Under the pieces are notes generated by a model. That model was not told where the DNA came from, did no database searches, and saw only the letters and a list, made by a program, of their open reading frames with translations. From an uncultured SAR86 cluster bacterium (GTDB taxonomy: Bacteria; Pseudomonadota; Gammaproteobacteria; Magnimaribacterales; D2472), in assembly GCA_902612915.1 (NCBI GenBank), contig CACMFH010000003.1, positions 204-64,203 of the forward strand: a stretch of DNA of 64,000 nt, in the 5' to 3' direction. Below, piece by piece: positions 40,418 through 51,306 of this stretch. The stretch's first letter is position 1; every line of letters begins with the position of its first letter. A program made the position numbers and the translations under genes.

Positions 40418-42427
40418 ATGACAAAAACATTAAAGGTTGTATCTGATTTTGAGCCAGCTGGATCTCAACCTGAAGCTATCAATAATTTAGTATCTGGGCT
40501 TGAGGATGGATTGCTGCATCAGACTCTATTAGGTGTTACAGGATCTGGAAAAACTTACACTATGGCAAAAGTCATTGAGGAAACTCAAAGACCAGCAATC
40601 ATCATGGCTCATAATAAAACTCTAGCTGCTCAGCTATATGGTGAATTTAGAGATTTTTTTCCAAATAATTCTGTTGAGTACTTTGTTTCATATTATGACT
40701 ATTATCAGCCAGAGGCTTATGTCCCAACATCTGATACATATATCGCAAAAGATGCTTCGATAAATGAGCATATTGAGCAAATGAGACTTTCTGCAACCAA
40801 AGCTCTTATAGAAAGAAAAGATACTGTTGTAGTTGCAACTGTTTCGTCAATTTATGGTTTAGGCGCACCCGAATCTTATTTAAAAATGGTTGTCCATCTT
40901 GATAGAGGAGATATGATTTCTCAACGTGATCTTGTTTTAAGATTATCTGCACTTCAATATACAAGAAACGATTTAGATTTTAGGAGAGCAACCTTCAGAG
41001 TTAGAGGAGATACGGTTGATGTTTATCCTGCTGACTCAGACAAGGAGGCGTTGAGAATTGAATTTTTTGGTGATGAAATTGAAAAACTATCTTGGTTTGA
41101 CCCTCTTACGGGAGTTATTATTAGCGATATTCCAAGAGTCACAATTTTTCCTAAAACTCATTACGTCACACCAAAAGATACAGTTACAAATTGTATTCCG
41201 GATATAAAAGATGAATTGAAAACACGACTTAACTTTCTAAGAGACAACAATAAGCTTGTTGAGGCTCAAAGATTAGAAGAGAGGACAAATTATGACATCG
41301 AAATGATGCGTGAGCTTGGTTATTGTCAAGGTATTGAAAATTATTCAAGATATTTAAGTGGCAGAAAACCTGGAGAGTCGCCACCGTGTTTATTTGATTA
41401 TATTCCAAAGGATGCAATTGTTTTTATTGATGAATCTCATGTTTCTGTTCCGCAAATAGGAGCAATGTATAAAGGCGATAGATCAAGAAAAGAAACACTA
41501 GTTGAATATGGTTTTAGACTTCCATCAGCTTTGGATAATAGGCCTCTAAAATTTGAGGAATGGGAAATGTTGGCACCACAAAGAATTTATGTATCTGCCA
41601 CTCCAAGTAAATATGAAAATGAAAAGCAAGATAATTTAGTCGAGTTGCTAGTAAGACCAACTGGCCTCACAGATCCTGAAGTAGAAATAAGACCTGCCTC
41701 GACACAAATTGATGATGTTATAGGCGAATGTAACGAAAGAGTTGCAATGAAAGAAAGAGTATTAGTGACGACTCTTACAAAAAGAATGGCAGAAGATTTA
41801 ACAGATTATTTAAATGAAAATAATATTTCTGCGAGATACATGCACTCTGATATAGACACAGTAGAGCGTGTTGAAATTATTAGAGATCTTAGATTGGGTA
41901 AATTTGATGTTCTTGTTGGCATTAATTTATTAAGAGAGGGCTTAGATATTCCTGAGGTAAGTCTCGTTGCAGTTTTAGATGCTGATAAAGAGGGATTTTT
42001 GAGATCTGATACTACTTTAATTCAAACAATAGGAAGAGCAGCAAGAAATTTGAGGGGGAAGGCTATTTTGTATGCAGACAAAGTAACCGGATCAATGCAA
42101 AGGGCAATTGATGAAACAGATAGAAGAAGGTCCATTCAAGAGGAGTTTAATGACAAAAACAACATCACGCCAAAATCTATTTCAACAAAAGTTAAAGATA
42201 TTATGGAAGGTGCAAGAATAATTAAGGGAAATACCAAAAAGAAAAAAGAAGACATTGATAAAATTGTTACCTTTAAGATTAAAGATGACACTGTAGATAA
42301 CATCACAGAGACTTTGCAAAAATTAGAAGATGAGATGTTTGCTTTGGCAAAAAAAATGGAATTTGAAAAAGCTGCAGTATGTAGAGATAAAATAACTTCG
42401 CTTAAAAGAAAGCTAATTGATCTTTAG
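40418..42427 (+). CDS. uvrB: Excinuclease ABC subunit B
   Basis: Motifs GVTGSGKT (Walker A), [17 protein letters not shown] and [14 protein letters not shown], plus the C-terminal UVR motif (FEKAA..RD). Confidence 0.95.
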   Translation: MTKTLKVVSDFEPAGSQPEAINNLVSGLEDGLLHQTLLGVTGSGKTYTMAKVIEETQRPAIIMAHNKTLAAQLYGEFRDFFPNNSVEYFVSYYDYYQPEAYVPTSDTYIAKDASINEHIEQMRLSATKALIERKDTVVVATVSSIYGLGAPESYLKMVVHLDRGDMISQRDLVLRLSALQYTRNDLDFRRATFRVRGDTVDVYPADSDKEALRIEFFGDEIEKLSWFDPLTGVIISDIPRVTIFPKTHYVTPKDTVTNCIPDIKDELKTRLNFLRDNNKLVEAQRLEERTNYDIEMMRELGYCQGIENYSRYLSGRKPGESPPCLFDYIPKDAIVFIDESHVSVPQIGAMYKGDRSRKETLVEYGFRLPSALDNRPLKFEEWEMLAPQRIYVSATPSKYENEKQDNLVELLVRPTGLTDPEVEIRPASTQIDDVIGECNERVAMKERVLVTTLTKRMAEDLTDYLNENNISARYMHSDIDTVERVEIIRDLRLGKFDVLVGINLLREGLDIPEVSLVAVLDADKEGFLRSDTTLIQTIGRAARNLRGKAILYADKVTGSMQRAIDETDRRRSIQEEFNDKNNITPKSISTKVKDIMEGARIIKGNTKKKKEDIDKIVTFKIKDDTVDNITETLQKLEDEMFALAKKMEFEKAAVCRDKITSLKRKLIDL

Positions 42428-43115
42428 GATTTACACATGCATGAGCACTCATTAATTGATAATAGCTCTTAACTCTATCAACATAATCTATTGCCTGTTG
42501 AGCCCTCGAGTAGGATCCGTTATCCATCATATTAAGATCTTCTCCAGTAGTTACTTTGAGTTTTTCTTTTATATCCTCCCAAGTAACGTTTTCAATATTA
42601 GAATCTATTTGACTGGCTATTTTAATGATATTTGTTGGCCCAAGATTATAACTTGCTAATACGATAGATAATTTGTCAGCTTCGGAGGGACCGATTTTAT
42701 TTTTATCTTGAAGCATTGAAAAATATTTTGCTCCACCTTTAATATTTTGTTCAGGATTTAGTCTTTTTTCAACGCCAACTAAGGCTGCAGTCTCTAATGT
42801 AACCATCATCATACCTCTAACACCCATATTAGATTTTGCTTTTGGATCCCATTGAGATTCTTGAAATGAGATTGCTGCTAAAAGATTCTTTTCAATGTTT
42901 GTTTCTCTAGATGCTGATGCAAACATTTCGTCGTATTGAGGATATCTATTTTCGAGCAAGTCTTTAAATTTATTTTTTTCAAAGTTGTTTAATGAAGACT
43001 CTTCATAAGAATTTATTAGAATTTCTTCACAACTCATTTCTTTGTTAAAGAAAGAACAACCTACCAAAAAGACCGTAATGGCTGAAAATAAAAAAAATCT
43101 AAAGATATTCCCCAT
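42402..43115 (-). CDS. Lytic transglycosylase (SLT domain) lipoprotein
   Basis: Signal peptide with lipobox LVGC. SLT catalytic block [29 protein letters not shown] and AYNLGP. Confidence 0.8.
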   Translation of the reverse strand: MGNIFRFFLFSAITVFLVGCSFFNKEMSCEEILINSYEESSLNNFEKNKFKDLLENRYPQYDEMFASASRETNIEKNLLAAISFQESQWDPKAKSNMGVRGMMMVTLETAALVGVEKRLNPEQNIKGGAKYFSMLQDKNKIGPSEADKLSIVLASYNLGPTNIIKIASQIDSNIENVTWEDIKEKLKVTTGEDLNMMDNGSYSRAQQAIDYVDRVKSYYQLMSAHACVNPKDQLAFF

Positions 43116-43183
43116 TTTTAATTATTTAATTCATAAAGACTTTATAATTAATATGTTATATACAATATTTCAGACTTAAAGAA

Positions 43184-46100
43184 GTGTCAAAGACTAAAAA
43201 CTTTATATTTAAGGGTAAGCAAAGTTTTTCAAGTTCTAAGCTTGATCAGATCAAGCACCAATTCTCAAATTCAAACAAAATCAATGCAAAAATATCATCT
43301 AATGAGATTTATTTGGTTCAATCTAAATCTGAAAAAATTAATCATGAGGGTCTTCAAGACATTCTTGCTGCAAAAGAGAATGCCGCAGAGTTTACTTTTT
43401 ATGTAGGACCAAGATTAGGAACAATTTCACCATGGTCATCTAAAACAGAGGACATTATCAGAAACGTTGGTTTTGATAATATCGAAAGAGTTGAGAGACT
43501 ATATGGATTTAATCTTGAGTGTGATTCTGAGATTAACGCACTAGATCTTTCGATGTTTTACGATCGAATGACTCAATCGATTTATAACAATAAGGATGAT
43601 TTTAAGAATCTTTTTAAATCAGATAAACCCAGATCCTTAAATCACATCAACATTTTAGAAGAAGGTAAATCAGAGCTTGAAAAAGCAAACAAGTCATTTG
43701 GGTTTGCTATGAGCGATCAAGAAATAGATTACTTATATAATTTTTACAATAACGAAAAAAGAAATCCCACCGATGCAGAATTGATGATGTTTGCTCAAGC
43801 TAATTCTGAGCATTGTAGACACAAAATATTTAACGCTAAATGGAATGTTGACGGTTCTCAAAAAAATAATACGTTATTTGATCTAATTAAAGAGACAAGC
43901 AAATCATCTCCAGATGGAATAATTTCAGCTTATAAAGATAACGCGGCAATTATTGAGGGGTCAAAAGTTGAGAGATTGAATTTAAATGAATCTAATGAAT
44001 ATGAATTTAAAGAGGATAATTTAAATTCAACTATTAAAGTCGAAACCCATAACCATCCAACAGCAATTTCACCATATCCAGGAGCTTCAACAGGATCTGG
44101 AGGAGAAATTCGAGATGAGGGAGCTACAGGAAGGGGCGCAAAACCTAAAATTGGATTGGTTGGCTTTAATGTTTCTAATTTAAGAATTCCAAACCTTTTG
44201 AGAAGCTGGGAAAAAAATGAGCTTAAACCAACAAGAATTGCATCCCCGCTAGATATTATGACTGAAGCACCGATCGGTGCAGCTGCTTTTAATAACGAAT
44301 TTGGGAGACCATCAACCCTTGGATATTTTAGATGTTTTGAAACCGACTTTGAAAATAACAAAGCCTTTGGATATCACAAACCAATAATGCTTGCTGGAGG
44401 TATAGGTGAAGTAAGGGATGTAAATAACTTTAAATTACAAATTAAGGAAGATTATTTAGTTGTTGTTTTAGGAGGACCTTCAATGCTTATTGGTCTTGGT
44501 GGAGGTGCTGCATCATCAGTCTCATCAGGAGATAGCGACGAAGATTTAGATTTTGCTTCCGTTCAAAGAGACAATGCTGAAATGGAAAGAAGATGTCAGG
44601 AGGTCATTAATAAATGTTCATCACAAGAAAATAGCTTTATTGAATTTATTCACGATGTTGGTGCTGGTGGACTATCCAATGCAATTCCTGAATTAGCTAA
44701 AGATTCTAATCTGGGTGTGTATGTTGAATTATCAAAAATTCCAAATGCAGATAAGTCCATGTCACCTATGGAAATTTGGTCTAATGAATCCCAAGAAAGG
44801 TATGTACTAGCAATTCATAAAGATAATAAACATGCTTTTGAAAAGATATGTCAAAGAGAGAGATGTGAATATGCAATTGTTGGACATACAACAAAAGAAA
44901 TGTCTGTAAAACTTTATGATGAGCAAAACAAAAACTATCCAGTTGATGTGCCATTATCGATGCTATTCGGTGATCTTCCAATTACAGAAATGAAAGTTAA
45001 AGAAGAATTTGTTGAAACATTTAATGAAGATAATTCAGAAGATATTGATCTGAGTGATTCAATTACTAAAGTTCTTCAACATCCGACTGTTTCATCAAAA
45101 TCTTTCCTAATAACAATTGGTGATAGAACAGTAAGTGGAATGGTTGCAAGAGATCAGTTTGTGGGGCCATATCAAGTTCCTGTTTCTGACTATTCACTAA
45201 GCTTAAGATCATATACATCAAATAATGGAGAGGTTCTGAGTATTGGAGAAAAGCCAACCATTGCTCTTATAAATCCTGCTGCATCTATGAGAATGGCTCT
45301 TGGCGAAGCTTTAACCAATATGTCAGGGGTTATTATTAAAGGATTAAATAATGTTCAAGTGTCCGCAAATTGGATGGCAGCATCTGGAGAAAATTCAGAT
45401 GACTTTGCTTTGAGGTCTGGAGTTGAGGCCTTATCAAAAATTGCGGTTGATTTAAAAGTTTCTATACCTGTCGGAAAAGATTCTTTATCTATGAGAACTA
45501 AGTGGTCAGAAAATAATTCAGATTATGAGGTATCAAGTCCCTTGTCTGGAGTTATTACAGCAATGGCACCAGTAGATGATGTTACAGAGTCAGTTACTCC
45601 AGAATTAAATACTTCTGATGATACATGCATTCTTATGATTAAGTTAAATAATAAAAATAGATTGGCTGGATCAATATTCTCAGAAATTACAGAAACAAAA
45701 TATCAACAAACCCCAGACATAGATAATATTGAGGTATTCGAAAAACTGTTTTCAGGCATTCAAAATCTTTTGAAAAATAAAAAAATACTAGCAATGCATG
45801 ATATTTCTGATGGAGGTCTTATAACAACATTGTTAGAAATGTGCTTTACCAAAAAAGTTGGCATGAGGTTGGATTTAGATGACTCATCAGGTGTTAATGA
45901 ATTCCTTTTCTCTGAAGAAATTGGCTTTGCAATTCAAATTAAGAAAAATAATCTTGATGAAATTACAAATACTCTAACGAATGAAAATATTTATGTAAAA
46001 AATATAGCTGAAATAATAGATGGTGAGCAATTTTCAATTTTTAAAAATGATTCAGAGTTATTTAGTAAATCAGTTATTGAATTAGAAAAAAATTGGCGAG

Positions 46101-47026
46101 AAACCTCTCATGCTATTCAATCCATAAGAGATAATGAAGAAATTGCAAACTCTGAGCTGAGTTTGCTTGATGATAGAAATTTTCAAGGACTTAAAAGCAA
46201 TATCTCGTTTGATGAAAATGAGCTTAAGCATATTAATATCAAAATAACAAAGCCTAAAGTAGCAATTTTAAGAGAACAGGGCGTAAATGGACAAAATGAA
46301 ATGGCAGCTGCTTTTACCCTAGCAGGCTTCAATGCTTTTGATGTTCATATGCAAGACCTTCTTGATGGAAATACAAATTTAAAGGACTTTCAGGGTATGG
46401 CAGTATGTGGTGGTTTCTCATACGGTGATGTTCTGGGTGCCGGAGGAGGCTGGTCAAAAACTATTTTGAACAACAATCTTGTTAAAGATCAATTTCAAGA
46501 ATTTTTTAGTGATGAAAAAGTTTTCACATTAGGCGTATGTAACGGATGCCAGATGCTCTCAAATTTAAAAGATATTATTCCAGGAGCTGAATTTTGGCCA
46601 AGTTTTGAAAGAAATTTATCAGATCAATTTGAAGCCCGTTTGGCTCAAGTAAAAATTTCAAAAACAGAGTCGGTTCTTTTAGATGGGATGGAGGATTGGA
46701 TGATACCAGTTGCATCAGCTCATGGAGAAGGAAGAGCTCAATTTAATAATAATGATCTTCAGGAATTAGAAAAATCCAATCAAATAGCCATGCGTTTTGT
46801 TGATTCATCAGAAAACTCATCTGAAATATATCCTATTAATCCAAACGGCTCACCTAATGGCATAACAGGTATTACAGCTTCTAATGGAAGAGTTACCATT
46901 ATGATGCCCCATCCCGAAAGAGTTTTTAGAAAAGTTCAACTAAGTTGGCACAGAAAAGACTGGAATGAGTACTCTCCTTGGATGCAAATTTTTATAAATG
47001 CAAAAAAATTTAGCGATAAAAATTAA
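43184..47026 (+). CDS. purL: Phosphoribosylformylglycinamidine synthase (single-chain)
   Basis: 1280 aa with SEHCRHK, ETHNHPTAISP.PGA.TG.GG.IRD and a C-terminal glutaminase domain (GVCNGCQM, MPHPER). GTG start. Confidence 0.95.
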   Translation: MSKTKNFIFKGKQSFSSSKLDQIKHQFSNSNKINAKISSNEIYLVQSKSEKINHEGLQDILAAKENAAEFTFYVGPRLGTISPWSSKTEDIIRNVGFDNIERVERLYGFNLECDSEINALDLSMFYDRMTQSIYNNKDDFKNLFKSDKPRSLNHINILEEGKSELEKANKSFGFAMSDQEIDYLYNFYNNEKRNPTDAELMMFAQANSEHCRHKIFNAKWNVDGSQKNNTLFDLIKETSKSSPDGIISAYKDNAAIIEGSKVERLNLNESNEYEFKEDNLNSTIKVETHNHPTAISPYPGASTGSGGEIRDEGATGRGAKPKIGLVGFNVSNLRIPNLLRSWEKNELKPTRIASPLDIMTEAPIGAAAFNNEFGRPSTLGYFRCFETDFENNKAFGYHKPIMLAGGIGEVRDVNNFKLQIKEDYLVVVLGGPSMLIGLGGGAASSVSSGDSDEDLDFASVQRDNAEMERRCQEVINKCSSQENSFIEFIHDVGAGGLSNAIPELAKDSNLGVYVELSKIPNADKSMSPMEIWSNESQERYVLAIHKDNKHAFEKICQRERCEYAIVGHTTKEMSVKLYDEQNKNYPVDVPLSMLFGDLPITEMKVKEEFVETFNEDNSEDIDLSDSITKVLQHPTVSSKSFLITIGDRTVSGMVARDQFVGPYQVPVSDYSLSLRSYTSNNGEVLSIGEKPTIALINPAASMRMALGEALTNMSGVIIKGLNNVQVSANWMAASGENSDDFALRSGVEALSKIAVDLKVSIPVGKDSLSMRTKWSENNSDYEVSSPLSGVITAMAPVDDVTESVTPELNTSDDTCILMIKLNNKNRLAGSIFSEITETKYQQTPDIDNIEVFEKLFSGIQNLLKNKKILAMHDISDGGLITTLLEMCFTKKVGMRLDLDDSSGVNEFLFSEEIGFAIQIKKNNLDEITNTLTNENIYVKNIAEIIDGEQFSIFKNDSELFSKSVIELEKNWRETSHAIQSIRDNEEIANSELSLLDDRNFQGLKSNISFDENELKHINIKITKPKVAILREQGVNGQNEMAAAFTLAGFNAFDVHMQDLLDGNTNLKDFQGMAVCGGFSYGDVLGAGGGWSKTILNNNLVKDQFQEFFSDEKVFTLGVCNGCQMLSNLKDIIPGAEFWPSFERNLSDQFEARLAQVKISKTESVLLDGMEDWMIPVASAHGEGRAQFNNNDLQELEKSNQIAMRFVDSSENSSEIYPINPNGSPNGITGITASNGRVTIMMPHPERVFRKVQLSWHRKDWNEYSPWMQIFINAKKFSDKN

Positions 47027-47563
47027 TTACCAAAGTTTTATATCTTCTTCTCTAAAAATAAAATCGCCTTTTTTGAGATCCTCAATATAGTACTCAAGTG
47101 TTTTTTTAACAGTAGGAAAGGCAATTTCGTCCCATAAAATTTCATCGATATCAAATAGCCTCACATCCGAACTTTCAAAAGTTGGACCATAGTTATCATC
47201 TAAAAGATCAGCTAAAAAAAACATATGCACTTGATTAATATGAGGCAGACTAAACATTGAATATGCCATTTTAATTTTTGCCTTTGAACCAGTTTCTTCA
47301 AAAGTTTCTCTAATAGCACCTTCTTGGAGAGTTTCAGCATTCTCCATAAAACCAGCAGGTAAAGTCCATAAACCTTTACGAGGATTGATGTCTCTTTTTG
47401 CCATTAGTATTTTGTTATCTCTTATACATAACGCGCCAACAACATTGTTTGGATTCGTGTAGAAGATTGAATCACAGTCTTGGCAGCAATATCTTTTAAT
47501 ATTGTCATGTTCTGGAATCATAAATTTCAGGTTTGAGCTGCCGCAATTAGAACAATATTTCAA
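47027..47563 (-). CDS. NUDIX hydrolase with N-terminal zinc ribbon
   Basis: CSNCGS...CQDC zinc ribbon followed by the Nudix box GFMENAETLQEGAIRETFEETG. Confidence 0.8.
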   Translation of the reverse strand: MKYCSNCGSSNLKFMIPEHDNIKRYCCQDCDSIFYTNPNNVVGALCIRDNKILMAKRDINPRKGLWTLPAGFMENAETLQEGAIRETFEETGSKAKIKMAYSMFSLPHINQVHMFFLADLLDDNYGPTFESSDVRLFDIDEILWDEIAFPTVKKTLEYYIEDLKKGDFIFREEDIKLW

Positions 47564-47615
47564 TTTCCTTCCTTATTTAAAGATTATAGATACTTTAGAC
47601 GTTAAAATTATCCAT

Positions 47616-48215
47616 ATGATTAACAGCATAAAGCAAAAACTTGAACAAATAAATCTCATTGATACTACTGATCATAAAAAAGCTGGTGTGATGATTATTC
47701 TTTTACAAAATGATAATGATAGTGGCACCAAAATTTTATTTACTAAACGGTCTTCAAGTCTATCAACTCACTCTGGTGAGGTAAGTTTTCCTGGAGGTAA
47801 GTGGGAGGAAGGCGATAAAGACCTTTATGAAACTGCTTTAAGAGAAAGTAATGAGGAAATAAATTTAGATACAAAGAATTTAAAAAAATTAGGTGCACTT
47901 AATTATTTGATATCGCGACATAAGATCGAAGTTCATCCATATGTAGGACATCTTGTAAAGAATCAAGATTTTAAGGGAAATTATGAGATAGATGAGATAT
48001 TTACAGTACCTTTAGAATTTCTAATGGAACCTGAAAACATAACCTATAACGAATTCAAAAAAAATGATTTAAAACTATATATTCCTAGTTGGGTTTATAA
48101 TGGTAATAAAATTTGGGGCCTCACAGCCATGATAGCAGCCGATTTTTTGAATATTTGTTTTGATGCTGCCATAAAAACTGACTTTGATTTAATAAGAAAA
48201 TACGATGAAAATTAA
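47616..48215 (+). CDS. nudL: CoA pyrophosphatase (NUDIX, NudL-type)
   Basis: LFTKRSSSLSTHSGEVSFPGG (the CoA-diphosphatase motif upstream of the Nudix box) and GDKDLYETALRESNEEINL. Start ATG 47616. Confidence 0.7.
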   Translation: MINSIKQKLEQINLIDTTDHKKAGVMIILLQNDNDSGTKILFTKRSSSLSTHSGEVSFPGGKWEEGDKDLYETALRESNEEINLDTKNLKKLGALNYLISRHKIEVHPYVGHLVKNQDFKGNYEIDEIFTVPLEFLMEPENITYNEFKKNDLKLYIPSWVYNGNKIWGLTAMIAADFLNICFDAAIKTDFDLIRKYDEN

Positions 48216-48735
48216 TCTGGGTGACAAAAAAATTAAAACTGAGGGAGATGACTTTTGGATTGCTCCAAACGCAACTGTTATTGGAGACATAATCTTAAAA
48301 AAAGATGCAAGTATATGGTTCAATGCAGTTTTAAGAGGTGATAATGAACCAATTGAAATTGGTGAGGGCTCTAACGTTCAGGATGGCGCAATTTTACATA
48401 CAGACCCTGGATTTAAGTGTACTATCGGCAAGATGGTAACTGTTGGACACATGGCTATGCTTCATGGATGCACTATTGGTGACGGAAGTTTGATAGGAAT
48501 TGGTTCTGTAGTTTTAAACGGAGCTAAAATAGGAAAAAATTGCATTATCGGGTCCAAGGCACTAGTTACAGAAGGTATGGAAGTGCCTGATGGTTCAATG
48601 GTTTTAGGCATTCCAGGAAAAATTAAAAAGGTTCTTAGCGAAGAAGAACAAAGCGTTGTTTCTATTGGTGCTTCTCATTACGTAGAAAATTACAAAAAAT
48701 ATAAGCAAATAATGAATTCAGATGAAAACAAGTGA
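48205..48735 (+). CDS. Gamma-class carbonic anhydrase-like protein (left-handed beta-helix, YrdA/PaaY-like)
   Basis: Hexapeptide repeats with NVQDGAILHTD and VGHMAMLHGCTIG. Confidence 0.8.
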   Translation: MKINLGDKKIKTEGDDFWIAPNATVIGDIILKKDASIWFNAVLRGDNEPIEIGEGSNVQDGAILHTDPGFKCTIGKMVTVGHMAMLHGCTIGDGSLIGIGSVVLNGAKIGKNCIIGSKALVTEGMEVPDGSMVLGIPGKIKKVLSEEEQSVVSIGASHYVENYKKYKQIMNSDENK

Positions 48736-51298
48736 TATTAGAAAAGCCTTTTTAGATTTTTTTAATTCAAAGAATCATGAAGTTGTTGCTTCAAGCTCTC
48801 TAGTTCCATCAAATGATGAAACTCTATTATTTACAAATGCAGGAATGGTGCAGTTTAAGGATGTTTTCTTAGGTACTGAGACTAAAAATTTTAAACGAGC
48901 TGCAACTTCACAAAGATGTATTAGAGCTGGAGGCAAGCATAATGATTTAGAAAATGTTGGTTATACCTTAAGACACCATACATTTTTTGAAATGTTGGGT
49001 AATTTTAGTTTTGGAGACTATTTCAAAGAAGATGCTATTAAATTTGCGTGGGAATTTTTAACAGAAGAACTTAAGCTAGATAAAGAAAAATTATGGATCA
49101 CTGTTTATAAAGACGATGATGAGGCTGAAGAAATTTGGAAAAATATTATTGGAATTGATCCGCGCAGAATAGCTAGATTAGGTGATGATGATAATTTTTG
49201 GTCTATGGGTGATACAGGACCATGCGGACCATGCTCTGAAATATTTTTTGATCATGGAGAACACATTGATGGAACACCTCCAGGGGCCGAAGGTGATGAA
49301 GGTGATAGATTTATTGAAATATGGAATCTTGTCTTTATGCAATTTAATAGAGATGAAAGTGGAAAGATGGAACCACTTCCCAAACCATCTGTTGATACTG
49401 GAATGGGATTAGAGAGAATCGCAGCTGTCCTTCAAGGTGTAAATTCAAATTATGAAACAGATGTATTTAGAGACTTAATCAATGCTTCAGAAAAAATACT
49501 TGGCAGCCAAGGAAGTACATCTCACAAAGTTATTGCTGATCATATTCGATCAAGTGTTTTTTTAATATCTGACGGAGTAATTCCTGAAAAAGAAGGAAGA
49601 GGCTATGTCTTGAGAAGAATAATGAGGAGAGGCATTAGACATGGATATAAAATTGGTGCCAAAAAACCATTTATGCATCTACTTGTAAAAGATTTAATAA
49701 AACTCATGAATTCTGCTTACCCAGAATTAAAGAAAAAACAAAAAGATATTATTGAATTAATAAAGAATGAAGAGATTAAATTCTTTGAAACGCTTGAAAC
49801 AGGAATAGAAATACTTGAAGAAACTATTTCCAACATGAAAAATAAAACTCTTTCTGGCGATGTAGTTTTTAAGTTACATGACACTTATGGTTTTCCATTT
49901 GATTTGACTGCAGATATTGCAAGAGAAAAACAGCTTGATATTGACGAAGAAAGATTCAATGAGTGCATGAATCAACAAAAACAAACCTCGAAAGCATCAA
50001 GCAGTTTTGTATCTTCGCTCCCAGCAGCATCTGGAATTGAAGAGACTAAATTTTTAGGTTACGAAAATTTAGAGTCTGATTCAAAAGTTTTGGTTATTTG
50101 GAAAGATCAGGAAAGAATAGATGCAGCTAAGAACAATGAAGAAATATTTTTTGCATGCAATCAAACACCTTTTTATGCTGAAGCAGGTGGACAAATTGGA
50201 GATAAAGGAAAATTTGCATCTCAATCGTCAACTGGTAGTATTTTAGATTGTAAGAAACAAGGTAAAGTATATATTCATAAGGCAATTGTTGACAAAGGAA
50301 GCATTAAATCTGGTGACGTTATTAAAATGAGTGTTGAAAAAGAAAAAAGGTCTGCAATTGCTATACATCATTCATCAACTCATTTAGTTCATGCAGCATT
50401 AAGAGCAGTTTTGGGTGATCATGTCCAACAAAAGGGGTCCTTGGTTGACGAAAATAAACTTAGATTTGATTTTTCTCACACTAAACCACTTACGAAAGAA
50501 GAAATTACTAAGATTGAGGATATTGTAAATAAAGAGGCTCTAAAAAATCTCGAAGTAAAAACTGAATTAATGAAATTAGATGATGCTCTTAAGTCTGGAG
50601 CTATGGCATTGTTTGGAGAAAAATATGATGATGATGTAAGAGTTCTTACTATGGGAGAAAACTCATATTCGGTAGAACTATGTGGTGGAACTCATGTCAA
50701 TCGAACAGGAGATATAGGATTTTTTGTAATTACAAACCAATCAAGTGTTGCTTCAGGAATTAGAAGAATTGAAGCATTGGCAGGGTCAAAGTCTATTGAG
50801 CATGTTAAAAAATTAAGGGACGTTAATTTATCTTTACAAAATTCTCTTAACGTATCAGCTGATGAACTTCAAGAAAAGGTAAATTCTTTGATTGAAGAAA
50901 ATAAGAAATTAAAGAAATCTTCAAAGAGCAAAAGTGCCAAGAAATCAGTAATTTCATCAGAAATGCATGAATTTGGCGATTGGAAGTTAATTGTTGAGCA
51001 AGTAGATGTTGAGGATACAAAAGATTTAAGATCTCTTGTTGATGAACAGAAAAATACAAATGAAAAATTATGCGTAGTTATTTTTACAGAGTCATCAAAT
51101 AAAATTGCTTTAGTCTGTGGAGTTACAAAAAATCTAACTGAATCTTTATCAGCAAAAGAAGTTGTATCTGAGTTATCTAATCAAATTAATGGTAAAGGTG
51201 GAGGTAGATCTGATTTTGCCCAAGGTGCTGGCGAAACAGATAATATTAAAGATTTCGTGACTTCTATTCCAAATTCAGTAAAATCCCTCGCAAAATAG
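48722..51298 (+). CDS. alaS: Alanine--tRNA ligase
   Basis: Motifs FTNAGMVQFK, RAGGKHNDLENVG, FFEMLGNFSFGDYFK and the editing-domain HSSTHL...CGGTHV. Confidence 0.95.
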   Translation: MKTSDIRKAFLDFFNSKNHEVVASSSLVPSNDETLLFTNAGMVQFKDVFLGTETKNFKRAATSQRCIRAGGKHNDLENVGYTLRHHTFFEMLGNFSFGDYFKEDAIKFAWEFLTEELKLDKEKLWITVYKDDDEAEEIWKNIIGIDPRRIARLGDDDNFWSMGDTGPCGPCSEIFFDHGEHIDGTPPGAEGDEGDRFIEIWNLVFMQFNRDESGKMEPLPKPSVDTGMGLERIAAVLQGVNSNYETDVFRDLINASEKILGSQGSTSHKVIADHIRSSVFLISDGVIPEKEGRGYVLRRIMRRGIRHGYKIGAKKPFMHLLVKDLIKLMNSAYPELKKKQKDIIELIKNEEIKFFETLETGIEILEETISNMKNKTLSGDVVFKLHDTYGFPFDLTADIAREKQLDIDEERFNECMNQQKQTSKASSSFVSSLPAASGIEETKFLGYENLESDSKVLVIWKDQERIDAAKNNEEIFFACNQTPFYAEAGGQIGDKGKFASQSSTGSILDCKKQGKVYIHKAIVDKGSIKSGDVIKMSVEKEKRSAIAIHHSSTHLVHAALRAVLGDHVQQKGSLVDENKLRFDFSHTKPLTKEEITKIEDIVNKEALKNLEVKTELMKLDDALKSGAMALFGEKYDDDVRVLTMGENSYSVELCGGTHVNRTGDIGFFVITNQSSVASGIRRIEALAGSKSIEHVKKLRDVNLSLQNSLNVSADELQEKVNSLIEENKKLKKSSKSKSAKKSVISSEMHEFGDWKLIVEQVDVEDTKDLRSLVDEQKNTNEKLCVVIFTESSNKIALVCGVTKNLTESLSAKEVVSELSNQINGKGGGRSDFAQGAGETDNIKDFVTSIPNSVKSLAK

Positions 51299-51306
51299 AA
51301 AATACT

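Noticed and set aside
43930-44361. 143-aa ORF antisense to purL
   Set aside because: It is embedded in the conserved FGAM synthetase core (ETHNHPT... region) on the opposite strand, with no independent signals.
51299-51306. Lysine riboswitch/leader before lysC, and leader peptides before leuC (17562-17566) and the trp genes
   Set aside because: The gaps are only 8, 5 and 0 nt, so no such elements can be present.
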